In this document: piece by piece, positions 28,376 through 38,977 of the stretch
Layout: each line of letters begins with the position of its first letter
Numbering within the stretch: position 1 is the stretch's first letter
IMG/VR virus record: IMGVR_UViG_3300021181_000004
Reading direction: 5' to 3' (one strand)
Source: a virus
Taxonomy: Duplodnaviria; Caudoviricetes
DNA length: 64,000 nt
Notes under the pieces: model-generated
What the model was told of the DNA's origin: nothing
Seen by the model: the letters and a program-made list of their open reading frames with translations, nothing else
Databases searched by the model: none
Translations under genes and position numbers: made by a program

Positions 28376-28897
28376 ATGGCAAACGCAAAACAACTGGCCG
28401 ATCTAGTCGTTAAAACAGCAGGAATTCTCTGTGTCGACGACGCACCTGGAAGTAATCCTGATTTACAGGCGATAGTGGGTGATCCAGACGATAGCAGAAC
28501 ATCTCCCTTTGCTCAATTCAAACCCAACCCAGGAGGTACCCAAATACCTAACCCGTTATCGGCAGTTCAAGGTGACGAGATGTTCTTTGCCTATGCTATG
28601 ACTCCTGGAGCAGTGTTTCAAGATCATTCAGGCCAGCAATGGATAGTGGAAAGCTATGGTTGGGATGGACAAGTAGAAATTTCTAACAGATGGTACCCGG
28701 CTATTCGCGCTCAAGTATCCATTGTAGATGTTCGTCGATCCATAGATCAGGTTGTGGAGCCTGTTCAATTCACCGTTCCTCCGCCTCCTGCTGGTGTGGA
28801 TTATGGCACTCTTTTGGTAAAGGAAAATAATAACAATGCCACGACCATCGATGCTCATGCTGGTCAAGGAGTATCTTCTACGAGTGGTGGTTGGTAA
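28376..28897 (+). CDS. Virion protein with N-terminal K-x-A motif
   Basis: ATG after GAGG; MANAKQLADLVVKTAG. Confidence 0.55.
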   Translation: MANAKQLADLVVKTAGILCVDDAPGSNPDLQAIVGDPDDSRTSPFAQFKPNPGGTQIPNPLSAVQGDEMFFAYAMTPGAVFQDHSGQQWIVESYGWDGQVEISNRWYPAIRAQVSIVDVRRSIDQVVEPVQFTVPPPPAGVDYGTLLVKENNNNATTIDAHAGQGVSSTSGGW

Positions 28898-28960
28898 AAC
28901 TTCAAACTGCAGAAATAAGGGGGCGAGGGGCGTAAGTCCTTTGTTATCAATATCGTAGAC

Positions 28961-30667
28961 TTGACAGGCAGTTATCTTATTTCATATCTTTTACGTCAAA
29001 TTAAGGACATTGTAGCACGGAGCCCTCGGTTTCGCAATGCTCTTGGCGATACTACTTTCCAAAATAATCAAATGATTCAATGGGGCAATGTTCAGGCAGT
29101 TATTAAAAATCTGTCTGCTTCAGGCACTCGTTTGTCTCCTGATTATTACATGTGTACTCAACGAGGTCGCGTAACCGTTGCGAAAATGGGCGATTTTGAG
29201 GGTTCTTTTATTGAATGGCCACTTGAGTATGATAAAACTCGTCAAACCCCAATTTCTGGAGTTTATAACATTCAAATTGATGCTACTAATGAGAAGAATC
29301 AACAAATTGATCTCACTATGCAGCTATTCAAATGGACACAGGGTAATCTCAAGAATGCGCAGGGAAGTGTCGTTTATTTCAGCCCGACATTATCTGATAC
29401 GGGCGAAAATATACCCGGACTGCCTCCTCAGTTCCCTCATTTGGACCTTACCACGTTGATTGCAACAGAAGCTGAAACTGGGAAATCTATTCAGATTCAA
29501 GCGTACAATTCTTCTGTAGGTGGATTTTTATACGTGTTAACACCATGTCAAACACTCGTGTTAACGCTGCCAAATGGGCAAACTTTAAACCAGAACGGCT
29601 CGGATTACTGGTATCAACGATCCAGTACAGTCATTATTTGTCAGTCTACAATCGGTGGCTCAGAACTACTGAATATTGATGTGCCTTTTGTTTCAGCTCA
29701 ATTTCAAGATCAAAGTGGGTATGTTTTGCGACCCAACATTGATTTTACTTGGCAGAAGGCTAATTGGATAGAACTATCTTCTTCTTCTCCAGCTGGAAGC
29801 ACAATCTCCGCTGTTATTGTACAAAAAGTAGCACCTGCTGGAAATACAGCTACCAATCCAGAGAACATACTGAACATTGGGTATGTGCAGGGAACAGATT
29901 CCTTAATTCCAAGTCAGGTTAATATCTACACACCTGCAGGGACCTTTACAGCCGTTCCGGTGAATACTGATGGGACTGTTACTCTTCCAACTTTGTTGAC
30001 ACCTGGTCAATGGTTGCGTTATGATATTCGCATTTCAACCCCACCTGTTACTATGCGTGGCAAGAAATATCAAATGAATGGTTTTGTAAAAACAATCGTA
30101 GACAGCACACTTTCAGCAGCCGAGCAAGCCGAGCCTTCAAATAGAATTGTTTATTTGGATCCTGTCACTCGCCAAACTGTAGACCCATTACCCGGTTTGG
30201 CGGTAGCGATTGGGGATAGTGTTGTGGTTGGAGATCAATGCGCACTTGTAGTTAACCCGGAAATTACAGAAACGTATGAAATTTATGGGTCGAAAGATAA
30301 TATTTCATTTACATTAGACACCAAAGCTAACGATCTCCAGACAGCCTCCGATCTTGCAGAATTGATTAAGGCGCAGTTTCTCGTATTCAAGCGAGAGAAC
30401 ATGGAACGGGATGGTATAACCATTTTTGAGGCACCTCGTAACATGACGAGCGTGCAGCGCGATATTTCAGGAATTAACCCAGAATACACGTTTTCTCAGG
30501 CGTTTACTGGTATGGCCGATTGGAAAGTCTACCGTCCGCTGGTTACTCGAATGGCATCGTTTGAGCTTACAGTTTCAGGGTACCTGCCAGATTTTCAGGG
30601 GAAACTGCAACTTCCTTCTCGTATACAATCGGCTGGGGCTGATCAATTTCTCACTAGTTATGCCTGA
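28961..30667 (+). CDS. Tail completion/terminator-like structural protein
   Basis: 568 aa just upstream of sheath; C-terminal SFTLDTKA..ASDLAELI. Confidence 0.45.
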   Translation: MTGSYLISYLLRQIKDIVARSPRFRNALGDTTFQNNQMIQWGNVQAVIKNLSASGTRLSPDYYMCTQRGRVTVAKMGDFEGSFIEWPLEYDKTRQTPISGVYNIQIDATNEKNQQIDLTMQLFKWTQGNLKNAQGSVVYFSPTLSDTGENIPGLPPQFPHLDLTTLIATEAETGKSIQIQAYNSSVGGFLYVLTPCQTLVLTLPNGQTLNQNGSDYWYQRSSTVIICQSTIGGSELLNIDVPFVSAQFQDQSGYVLRPNIDFTWQKANWIELSSSSPAGSTISAVIVQKVAPAGNTATNPENILNIGYVQGTDSLIPSQVNIYTPAGTFTAVPVNTDGTVTLPTLLTPGQWLRYDIRISTPPVTMRGKKYQMNGFVKTIVDSTLSAAEQAEPSNRIVYLDPVTRQTVDPLPGLAVAIGDSVVVGDQCALVVNPEITETYEIYGSKDNISFTLDTKANDLQTASDLAELIKAQFLVFKRENMERDGITIFEAPRNMTSVQRDISGINPEYTFSQAFTGMADWKVYRPLVTRMASFELTVSGYLPDFQGKLQLPSRIQSAGADQFLTSYA

Positions 30668-30685
30668 AGATTGGAAGAGTCGAAT

Positions 30686-31099
30686 ATGCGTTATGAATTT
30701 CGTTGTGAAAAATGCAAACTTGTAGTGGAACATCTTCAATCCATTAAGGATCCACTTCCTGATAAATTAAAATGCCCCCGGCCAGGATGTAATGGGCAAT
30801 GCAGCCTTATTATTACTGCACCTATGATTTCTAAATCAGGGATGACCCACGAACCCTTTGATATTGCGGTTGGGAGAGATGCAGAAGTGCGTTGGGCGGA
30901 TATCCATCGTCGCCAGAATACGAGAAATAAAGTTCGTCAGGAAAGTGGAGAACAGGCTTTGGTTATGACTGGGCGAAACGAATTTCAACCAGTCAAGGGT
31001 GCAAAATTAACTCCTATAGCCATTGGTCCTGATATCCCAAAAGAATCTGGGCCAGAATCTAGAGGCACGAAAAAGATTCTTTCGGAGTTAGCTAGTTAG
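30686..31099 (+). CDS. FmdB-like zinc-ribbon protein
   Basis: MRYEFRCEKC...CPRPGC...IITAP. Confidence 0.7.
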   Translation: MRYEFRCEKCKLVVEHLQSIKDPLPDKLKCPRPGCNGQCSLIITAPMISKSGMTHEPFDIAVGRDAEVRWADIHRRQNTRNKVRQESGEQALVMTGRNEFQPVKGAKLTPIAIGPDIPKESGPESRGTKKILSELAS

Positions 31100-31172
31100 C
31101 CTGCATTCGGCAAACAAAAGCGACTTCAGCATTTTAATTAGACGAGCGGAACATACGCTTAGGAGATAGAAT

Positions 31173-34100
31173 ATGGCAATTTTTGGGTCAACATCATATA
31201 ATCCACCTGGGATTTATACATCAGTCGTTTTTGCAAATACCGGGGCACCACTTTTTCAGGCTGCTCGTATCCCGGTGGTGATCGGTGAAGGCACTCAATA
31301 CTTTACTCAGACCAATGTTGAATTGTTCCGTGGATCTTCAAGCGTTGCAGACGATCAGGCAGTTAATGAGAACATCACCAATCAGGTAACTGGGCTTACT
31401 CGTAATTTTCAGACCACTTATTTCCCAGTCACAGACGGAACAGGTAAGGGAATCACTTCTAATGATCCTGCTAGTGTTCAAGTCACAAGCATTGATACAA
31501 ATGGTAATCAGATTCCTGTCACTGTGATTTCTTTAAACGGTGCAACTGGTCAATTTAGTACACAGACCATTGTCCCGACTGGGTTTGAACTTTTTATTAC
31601 TTACTTTTTCAAACGTGGCGACACGTTCATCGCGAATGAAAATGAGGCGGCTCAGATTCCAGCTTTTGCAACTCAGACTGTTGTTGGGGCAGCTGCGGGA
31701 AGTCCACCAACAGTCGGCTCTGTTACCCTCAGTCTTGCTAATCCTGGAGTTTTGGGAAACCTGGTCAGCTTGCAGTTCGTAGCAGGTCCGGCTGTTCCAG
31801 ATGCTTTGGCTGTAACTGGAGCTGGCACAGATGAAATCATCATCAACACTACTTCACAGGCTTCGACTCCACGCACTTTGACTGATCTCGTTTCTTTGAT
31901 TAACGCAGGGATCCTGACTCTGGATGGCGGTTATTTGACTGCTGGCAGTATCGCGGGTAATCCATTAACTACATTGATTGCAGGTGGCGCGGTTCTATTT
32001 GCCGGTGGTGTAGGTCAGTCTACGAATACGACTTTCCAGACCAAATTTGGTCCAATTACGGATGGATCTAATGGTGGTATTGTCACAACCAATCCAACCT
32101 TAATCACAGTCTTAGTCGATGGGCTGCCAGCAGTTGTTTCTTCTTTGAATGGGGCGCAGAGTCAATTCACCCTGGCTCAGCCTGTGGCATACGGTAGCAC
32201 GCTCACGGCTTCTTATTACTACAACACCTGGGCCAACACGTTTGATTTACTCCCAGCTTCCAACGTCCAAAGCATTGTTGAGGTTGGCCTCGGACCGAAT
32301 CGTAGCGATTTTGTCGAGGATGTTGACTTCACTCTTGGCGTAGACGCCGACGGCAATGGTACCGTCATTTGGGGTCCGGCTGTCAATGAAGCCATTGGGG
32401 TTTCTGCTACTGGTGAAACTGCTAATTTTACTCCTCAAGAGATTGTCGCATCTGTGGTTGACGAACAAGTATTCCTTCGTCCAATTACAGGTTCTGTCAA
32501 TGGCAGAAACGCAGTTTTTATTCTGCAGGATACACCAACGGATGGAACGGGACAGAATAAGGCTACAAACAACCCATCTTTGATCAACGTGTATGTAGGC
32601 GAAGATCCTTTGGAGGCGTTCTTTGCCGGCCCGCAAACTGTGCTACGACTTTCTGGAACTGCACAGCAATTCACGCTTCAAAATCCTCCGGCGTCTGGAA
32701 ATGGCGTCTGGGCCAGTTACTATCGCAACACACTCGAAACTCATGAATATTCCGTAACAGTTGTCAATCCGGGTTATGGCGGATTGGGTTCGTTTATCGT
32801 TACAGATGAACTGGAACGAATTGCACCTTTGGCGACTTTTGTCAGTGGCCACGTAGCACAGAATGCCGGATTCCAAGCAACAGGCATTGTTTACCCAAAT
32901 GGTACCCCTGATCTTCAAGCTCAGGCGGGTGCAGCGGTTGATGAAACTGTTACTTTAACGTTCAACAATGACGGTTCCGCTACTTTAATCCCAGCGACTT
33001 CTGCGGGGGTAGTTATTCCTGGTGCTTCAGGTAATTTGACTTTTACAGCAGGTATCCCAGGTGCGGGCGGAAACTCAGTAACGATAGCGGTTGATGTAAC
33101 AACTCAGTACCCGCAAGCCTCTGCCCCGGTCTTAGTGAGTGGGAACGCAATTACTATCTATGCCAATTACAACGGAACGTTGGCAACAAATGCCCAAATT
33201 GCAGCTTATTTCCCCTCTGCTGAAACGACAACGGGTGGGGTGATTACGGCTCATTTTACGGCAGGATCTCCAAAGGTTACAGCAGCAACGGCATTGACTG
33301 GCGGAGCGAACGCTGTCACAGTCCCTGTGACTCATAGCTACACGGTCACTTCCAACAATTCTGTGGGTGGTTCTGGAACTGCTGGCAGTAACATTGGGTA
33401 TCTTGATCAAACCTATGAAGATTTGGCTACAGGGTTCCGTATTACAGTTGTAAACCCCGCAGACCATGCCTCTTACGGTGTGCTCAGCATTCCAGAAGGT
33501 TACAATTTCGTCCCTGGCGATACACTCACTTTCCAAGTGAATGTCGATGCTGCAAGTGGTTCACATCCAGCGGTTCGTTTCTGTGGAACCCCAGGTGTCG
33601 CACCTGCTCAATTCAACAATTTGATTTGTATTCCTGGTCTTCACTTGACTGTCATCAGCAATTTCCAGAGTACAGCGGGAGACTCTGTAATTCTTAGCAC
33701 TTTCCGTGGAAGCGGCGCTGGCCCGAATGTAGGTGAGTATTACTACGTCACCTTCACTACAGGTAAAACTGCTGCCGATTATGCAATTAAGGTCTACAAT
33801 AATCCTTCGGACGCATACACTGCATATGGTCAGCCATCTACAGTCAATCGCCTTAGCTTGGGAATTCAATTCTTGACTGAGAATGGAACGCAAACCTTTG
33901 CAGCCATTCAGGTTCCTGTCGTACCAGGAACTAATCAGGCGGCGGATAGCGATTTCATTGCTGCAATTCAGAGCTTGGCTGCCGCGCTGCCGGGTACAGA
34001 TGATCAATATGTTGCTGGCGTCATTCCTCTCAGCACCAGCACAACGGTGCACCAGAGTTTGAGTCGCTTCTTGATCACCCAGTCAGCTCCAACAATTCAA

Positions 34101-34787
34101 GCATTTGGAATTGGTTTCGTGGGATATGATCAATTCACAACTGCCAACGAAGCTGTTGCAAATGCAGTAGCTCTGCAAAATGAGCGCATGATCGCCATTG
34201 GAAATGCGGTTGCTGGAGTACTCATCACAGATCCTAAGACGGGTGTTTCAGTTGAATATCCAGTTTCGGGTGAGTTCATGGCGGCTGGTTTGGCAGGTTT
34301 GGAATTCAACCCAGCCAACGATGTTGCTACAACTCTTACCAACCAGCAGATCACTGGATTCAGTCGTCTGCTCATTATGTATGATATTCCAACCATGAAT
34401 TTGATGGCTGCAAGTGGGCTGACTGTTCTCTTGAATAATCAGGGTGCATTGAAAGTTCGCCACTACAAGACAACAGACCCAACTTCTACTCTTACGAGTG
34501 AACCAACCAGTGTTACTTCAATCGACTACCTACGGGAGTCTTTCGAATCTGGGATGCAGCAGTTCATCGGTCGTAAACTGGTGACAGCTCTGGTGACAGA
34601 TGTTCAAGTTCAAGCCAATAGCATTTTGAACAGTTGGGTGCAGAACAACCTGGGTTCTGGGTACATGAACCTAGTGGTGCAGCCAGATGCCTCTGATCCG
34701 ACAACAGTCGATATCAGTGTGCTTGTAAAGCCAATGTTCTCGCTTTTGTATATTCCCGTAACGTTTACTGTTACGACGAGCCTCTAA
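31173..34787 (+). CDS. Contractile tail sheath protein
   Basis: YNPPGIYT..RIPVVIGEG N-terminus; C-terminal FIGRKL...VDISVLVKPMFSLLYIPVTFTV. Confidence 0.9.
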   Translation: MAIFGSTSYNPPGIYTSVVFANTGAPLFQAARIPVVIGEGTQYFTQTNVELFRGSSSVADDQAVNENITNQVTGLTRNFQTTYFPVTDGTGKGITSNDPASVQVTSIDTNGNQIPVTVISLNGATGQFSTQTIVPTGFELFITYFFKRGDTFIANENEAAQIPAFATQTVVGAAAGSPPTVGSVTLSLANPGVLGNLVSLQFVAGPAVPDALAVTGAGTDEIIINTTSQASTPRTLTDLVSLINAGILTLDGGYLTAGSIAGNPLTTLIAGGAVLFAGGVGQSTNTTFQTKFGPITDGSNGGIVTTNPTLITVLVDGLPAVVSSLNGAQSQFTLAQPVAYGSTLTASYYYNTWANTFDLLPASNVQSIVEVGLGPNRSDFVEDVDFTLGVDADGNGTVIWGPAVNEAIGVSATGETANFTPQEIVASVVDEQVFLRPITGSVNGRNAVFILQDTPTDGTGQNKATNNPSLINVYVGEDPLEAFFAGPQTVLRLSGTAQQFTLQNPPASGNGVWASYYRNTLETHEYSVTVVNPGYGGLGSFIVTDELERIAPLATFVSGHVAQNAGFQATGIVYPNGTPDLQAQAGAAVDETVTLTFNNDGSATLIPATSAGVVIPGASGNLTFTAGIPGAGGNSVTIAVDVTTQYPQASAPVLVSGNAITIYANYNGTLATNAQIAAYFPSAETTTGGVITAHFTAGSPKVTAATALTGGANAVTVPVTHSYTVTSNNSVGGSGTAGSNIGYLDQTYEDLATGFRITVVNPADHASYGVLSIPEGYNFVPGDTLTFQVNVDAASGSHPAVRFCGTPGVAPAQFNNLICIPGLHLTVISNFQSTAGDSVILSTFRGSGAGPNVGEYYYVTFTTGKTAADYAIKVYNNPSDAYTAYGQPSTVNRLSLGIQFLTENGTQTFAAIQVPVVPGTNQAADSDFIAAIQSLAAALPGTDDQYVAGVIPLSTSTTVHQSLSRFLITQSAPTIQAFGIGFVGYDQFTTANEAVANAVALQNERMIAIGNAVAGVLITDPKTGVSVEYPVSGEFMAAGLAGLEFNPANDVATTLTNQQITGFSRLLIMYDIPTMNLMAASGLTVLLNNQGALKVRHYKTTDPTSTLTSEPTSVTSIDYLRESFESGMQQFIGRKLVTALVTDVQVQANSILNSWVQNNLGSGYMNLVVQPDASDPTTVDISVLVKPMFSLLYIPVTFTVTTSL

Positions 34788-34811
34788 GTGAGTTGTAATT
34801 AAAGGATCTAG

Positions 34812-35255
34812 ATGTTAATTCACACAATCATCGGCCAGAATCAAGGCATTATAAGCGTAACGGTCCAGTGTTCATTCAATGGGCAACCGTCGCCGCAACA
34901 AGATGCCATAGACAAATCCAAAATCTCTGCTTTTGGGGATCCTCCGATTAACATCGCGGGCAATTTTACTGACCCAAACAACAATCAATTCACTTTCCAA
35001 TTCCCGACAACAGAATTGTGGGTTGGAGTAACAACCCAACTGTCATCACAAACAGCAAGATTTTATGTGGCGTTACCGGCAACAACAGTTCCCGGCCAAT
35101 GTCCCCCAGTTCAGGGACCGTTGGATTGTATTACACCAAATCCATCTGAAGCTGCGGATGCCTGGGTTGATGTAATTCAGTCGCGTATTTCGCAGGCTAT
35201 GCTGGCATTACGATTGCAGATGTTGGTCCCGGTTATCCCCGACGTATACGTTTAA
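34812..35255 (+). CDS. Hypothetical structural protein
   Basis: Between sheath and head-protein genes. Confidence 0.55.
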   Translation: MLIHTIIGQNQGIISVTVQCSFNGQPSPQQDAIDKSKISAFGDPPINIAGNFTDPNNNQFTFQFPTTELWVGVTTQLSSQTARFYVALPATTVPGQCPPVQGPLDCITPNPSEAADAWVDVIQSRISQAMLALRLQMLVPVIPDVYV

Positions 35256-35289
35256 ACCCATTGTTTACAATGGTCAGTGGAGAATGTGA

Positions 35290-36867
35290 ATGAAGTCGGC
35301 AATGTTAAATCGTCGTTTTAAAAAGCAAGCTACGGTGTTGGTTTCGCGCCAGACGCTCGAGCAGGCCATTATGGAAGGCCAAGCACTGGCTGAGAATTTA
35401 CTTCAAACCAATCCAAATGATCCTTCATTGGATCAAATTGAACAAGCAGTCGCTCGGCTGCAAGGTGTTTTTCAGGAGCCTGATTTAGAGGACAAACTGG
35501 ACGACGCAAAACAACCGGGTTTCGCTGCTGAGATTAAAAAGGACGTGGATATGATCGCACAAACAAGACAGCAAGCTCGTGGAAATGGTGCAGCACCAAT
35601 TGAAGCCGGGGCAGGTTCTAGTGATCGTGCTTGGACTACAGATCGTGACGAAGACGGCAAGCCCAAGGCTCCAATACATGAGGAAATCCCTCGCATTCCA
35701 TTAAGTGCAGCAAAAAAGAAAAAGGTGGCGGAACCCCCTGTGGCTGATCCTGCTGCGGCAGCGCCTGCACCATCAGCAGGAGGAGGCAACCCGATTGACT
35801 ACATCCCAACTGAATCTTTGCTTAAGATTATCAGCGATATGCCAAAGGATGAAGATTTTGCTCAGAACAAGGGTAAACAGGACGCACTCATTCAGTTGAC
35901 CAACATTCTCAAATCGCGTCCTGTAGTACCGCCAAAGCCAGAACCAGGCGCACAACCAGCTGCTATGCCTGTTGCGGCCTCTAAAAATGCCAAGGGAGAA
36001 CCATTTGGCGGCAAGCAAGCTCCTCCATTCGGTTCTAAGAAAGAAGAAGGAAATGACAAGAAGGAAGATAAGGAAGCTTCTGCTAAGACAGCAGACGGTC
36101 AAATCTACGAGGCTCACCCGGCTGCTCCAGAACCTGCGACAGCTTTTGTCTCGGAAATCCCCCAATCCCAAGGTCACGTAGAACAGACCAAAGAGGCAAC
36201 AAGCGGCGTCAGCCGTAAGAACGAACGTACAGATGAAGTTCCGTTCATCGGTAAGGATGCTGCGAGCAAGACTGCCGTAGCACCTCCGGGGTGGGAAGGC
36301 ACTGTAAAAAGCATGAAGAATGAGAAGGGCATCGATAATCCCTATGCCCTGGCCTGGTCTATGAAAGACAAAGGCTTTACTCCGCATAAGGCATCCTTCG
36401 TTCTTCGTAAGCGCGGCGCGAAGTACCTCGTCGACAAATTCGCAGCAGGAACATCCCCTACGCAATGGACTGATGACGGCAAGAAAGGCGACATCATCGA
36501 AGATGGCGGACGTACTCCTGAAGTAGCTCAAGCTCACAAACTTCGTGACGAAGCCCCGGCCAAGCTGGAACGCCCGGCTACGACTGATATGATGAAGTTG
36601 GCCTCAGCAGTCAAGGATGCAGAAGGCGTGGGTGAGAAACTCAAAGCCATGTATCTGGATGCCAAACCACTTCTCAATGAAAATTCCACAGCTCCGGTTC
36701 GTAATTTTGTCGAGTGTATCTACAAAGCATACAGTTTATGTGAAGATGCTGTGAAGACTCTCAACAAACAGGAATTGCAAGAGAAAGCTGAAGAGGAAGC
36801 CGCTGAGATAAAGAAGAACAACAAGAAATCTTCGTTGCTTGGTTTAGCCTACGCAGCTGCGGAATGA
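35290..36867 (+). CDS. Internal head protein candidate, K-x-A segmented
   Basis: Low complexity with about ten K-x-A sites; WTTDRDE motif. Confidence 0.55.
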   Translation: MKSAMLNRRFKKQATVLVSRQTLEQAIMEGQALAENLLQTNPNDPSLDQIEQAVARLQGVFQEPDLEDKLDDAKQPGFAAEIKKDVDMIAQTRQQARGNGAAPIEAGAGSSDRAWTTDRDEDGKPKAPIHEEIPRIPLSAAKKKKVAEPPVADPAAAAPAPSAGGGNPIDYIPTESLLKIISDMPKDEDFAQNKGKQDALIQLTNILKSRPVVPPKPEPGAQPAAMPVAASKNAKGEPFGGKQAPPFGSKKEEGNDKKEDKEASAKTADGQIYEAHPAAPEPATAFVSEIPQSQGHVEQTKEATSGVSRKNERTDEVPFIGKDAASKTAVAPPGWEGTVKSMKNEKGIDNPYALAWSMKDKGFTPHKASFVLRKRGAKYLVDKFAAGTSPTQWTDDGKKGDIIEDGGRTPEVAQAHKLRDEAPAKLERPATTDMMKLASAVKDAEGVGEKLKAMYLDAKPLLNENSTAPVRNFVECIYKAYSLCEDAVKTLNKQELQEKAEEEAAEIKKNNKKSSLLGLAYAAAE

Positions 36868-36895
36868 TCTGTTGTTTTAATCTGGTTTTAAACAG

Positions 36896-36926
36896 AAGAC
36901 GCCTGTTTTTAATCGGGCGTCTTTTT
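36896..36926 (+). terminator. Rho-independent terminator
   Basis: AAGACGCC...GGGCGTCTTTTT. Confidence 0.7.
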
Positions 36927-36945
36927 ACTTTGAAAAGGGAGATTT

Positions 36946-37314
36946 ATGGGTGATAGATTTATTGGGTGGCTTGAAAAAACGGGTCATGATATAGAAAGTG
37001 CTTCTGTTAGATCTCTCCCTTACATAGCTACAGCAGGAGAGGCCACTGTTACTTTATTTTTACCAAGTGCAGCCCCTGCTATCAATTCGACCATCAATAC
37101 AATTATCGCTACTGAACAAAAATACACCGCACTTGGAAGACAGACTGGGAGTGGTGAGGAGAAGTTGGCCGATGTTATTGGGATCACTGGCCCCGCAATT
37201 GAGAAGCTTCTTCAGACTGCTGGAAAACCCAATACTTCTGCTGATGTTGCTAACGTGGTCAATTCATTAGTGACAATCATGAATTTAACTCCAACCGCCT
37301 CTACAAAAGCGTAA
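36946..37314 (+). CDS. Hypothetical amphipathic/membrane protein (lysis-related candidate)
   Basis: GGGAG RBS; one hydrophobic stretch. Confidence 0.5.
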   Translation: MGDRFIGWLEKTGHDIESASVRSLPYIATAGEATVTLFLPSAAPAINSTINTIIATEQKYTALGRQTGSGEEKLADVIGITGPAIEKLLQTAGKPNTSADVANVVNSLVTIMNLTPTASTKA

Positions 37315-37317
37315 ATT

Positions 37318-38109
37318 ATGAAAAGGGTACTACTAGCCACTAAAATAGGTTGTCCCGTTATTTTAACGGTGGCAATTTGCCTTTTCCTTTGGCGAGCAGA
37401 TAGAGCTTATCATCAGTTTCTTGGCGGTGTAACTCTTGCTCCTATCGCAAAAAACATCAATGATAGTATAGGAACAATCCCAAAGGTAACTGATGCTTTT
37501 TCAACCGCTGTTAATAATGCTTCAGCGGCGGCTTCAAATCTTAGTGCAGTAATTGCGGATGAACATAAATCGCAAACAGTGCAGAATAAAGAGTTAACAA
37601 AGATCATGGGAGAAGCTCGAGTCGCAATTACTCGAACTGATTGTAACTTCAATGGTGGACCTGGATATGAGGGTGGCCCGCCCTGTGTGGGACTTCTACC
37701 CACTGTTCAAGAAACATTTAATCAACTCAAGCTTAGTCTCGAAGAAGTTGATAAGCTGACGGAAGCAGGGACATCTTTAGCTAATTCGGGAACAGCAGCA
37801 GTAAACTCGTTGAATTTAAGGATTTCTGACCCCAAGATTGATTCAATCTTGGCGCACACAGATATGTTTATGCTCCATGCTCAAAACTCAGCAGATAATG
37901 TTGATATATTTACGCAACACGGCGACCACATCATTAGTTACTTTGACGAACGTCTAACATCCCCAAGAGGCTTTATCAAAACGCTGGGTGCAGGACTTTT
38001 GGGTTTGGTGGTACCTGTAGCCAATTCATACTCAGCTTGGGGTAAACCGACTGCTGTAGTTAACACATTAACAGTTAAGAAACATTCGAAGGGAAAATCT
38101 GTTAAATAG
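37318..38109 (+). CDS. N-anchored membrane coiled-coil protein (spanin-like candidate)
   Basis: N-terminal TM, long helical body, second hydrophobic segment. Confidence 0.45.
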   Translation: MKRVLLATKIGCPVILTVAICLFLWRADRAYHQFLGGVTLAPIAKNINDSIGTIPKVTDAFSTAVNNASAAASNLSAVIADEHKSQTVQNKELTKIMGEARVAITRTDCNFNGGPGYEGGPPCVGLLPTVQETFNQLKLSLEEVDKLTEAGTSLANSGTAAVNSLNLRISDPKIDSILAHTDMFMLHAQNSADNVDIFTQHGDHIISYFDERLTSPRGFIKTLGAGLLGLVVPVANSYSAWGKPTAVVNTLTVKKHSKGKSVK

Positions 38110-38114
38110 GGAAT

Positions 38115-38879
38115 TTACGTTAAAATACTAGCGGTGTTATAGCGAATACTGGGCTCAAGTTCTGAGAACGGTTTATTCCAGCGTAGGGCAGAACCTTTGC
38201 GACCTAACCAAGAGCGGTACTCATCCGTCATTAGAGCACTAATTTTACGTAAATTAGCAGCCGTGTTGGGATGAGCGGATTTACCTTTTTGAGTCTCTGA
38301 ACGTGCTTGTCTTACTTCTAGCGGAATTTCTCTACCTCGAAGTTTCTTGGCTCGTTTCTCTATCCACTCTGGGGATTGTTTTCTGCCGCGAGTTTTCTTA
38401 CCCTGCGCTTCATAGGATGCTCGATTTCTAAGTAGTCCTCTAGCTTTTCTCTTTTTCCAACCAGCACGTAGGGATTCTTTGTGTGCTTCTGACAACGGTA
38501 TACCAGTTAGAGCCTTGGAAACATTAGCATTCCATTCTGAAGTTCTCCAACGAATTACAGGTGGAATAGCTGCATAAGGATTATCGTTGTAGCAATGATC
38601 TCCCCAATGAGCATTGATAGCAAGTTGCTCATTATGTCTCAGTTCTTTCTTAATAGGTGAGCAATGGATGATTGGTTCAAATTCAAAAGCAGATTCTCCA
38701 TATTTATTCCAATCAGCCTGAAGCCTTAAGTTATGATGGACCCCTTTTCTAAGTTCCGCTAAGTGTTCTTTAAACCATCTTCGTTGAAAATTTTTAGAGC
38801 TTCCAACGTACACCCAATCTACTGCTGTACAACGAATGAGATACACTCCACTATTTAGAATTGGAATATCTGTATACAT
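38115..38879 (-). mobile_element. Free-standing GIY-YIG homing endonuclease with NUMOD3-type repeats
   Basis: GVYLI..YVGSS..RRW..H..L...HHN..LQADWNKYG..FEF; repeated SEAHKE..S/QSPEW..KR. Confidence 0.9.
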
Positions 38880-38977
38880 ATCTATCTTGGGTTAGAAAGT
38901 CGCAATATCGCTAATTAAAAACGATCGCAAGATTTTTCCCATTAAAGTAGGGTCGTTACCCTTTAAGGAGCTAACTT

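Noticed and set aside
35472-36537. Long antisense ORFs (e.g. 35773-36537, 43496-44323, 8432-8917)
   Set aside because: Shadow frames of well-supported genes; no RBS, no recognisable motifs.
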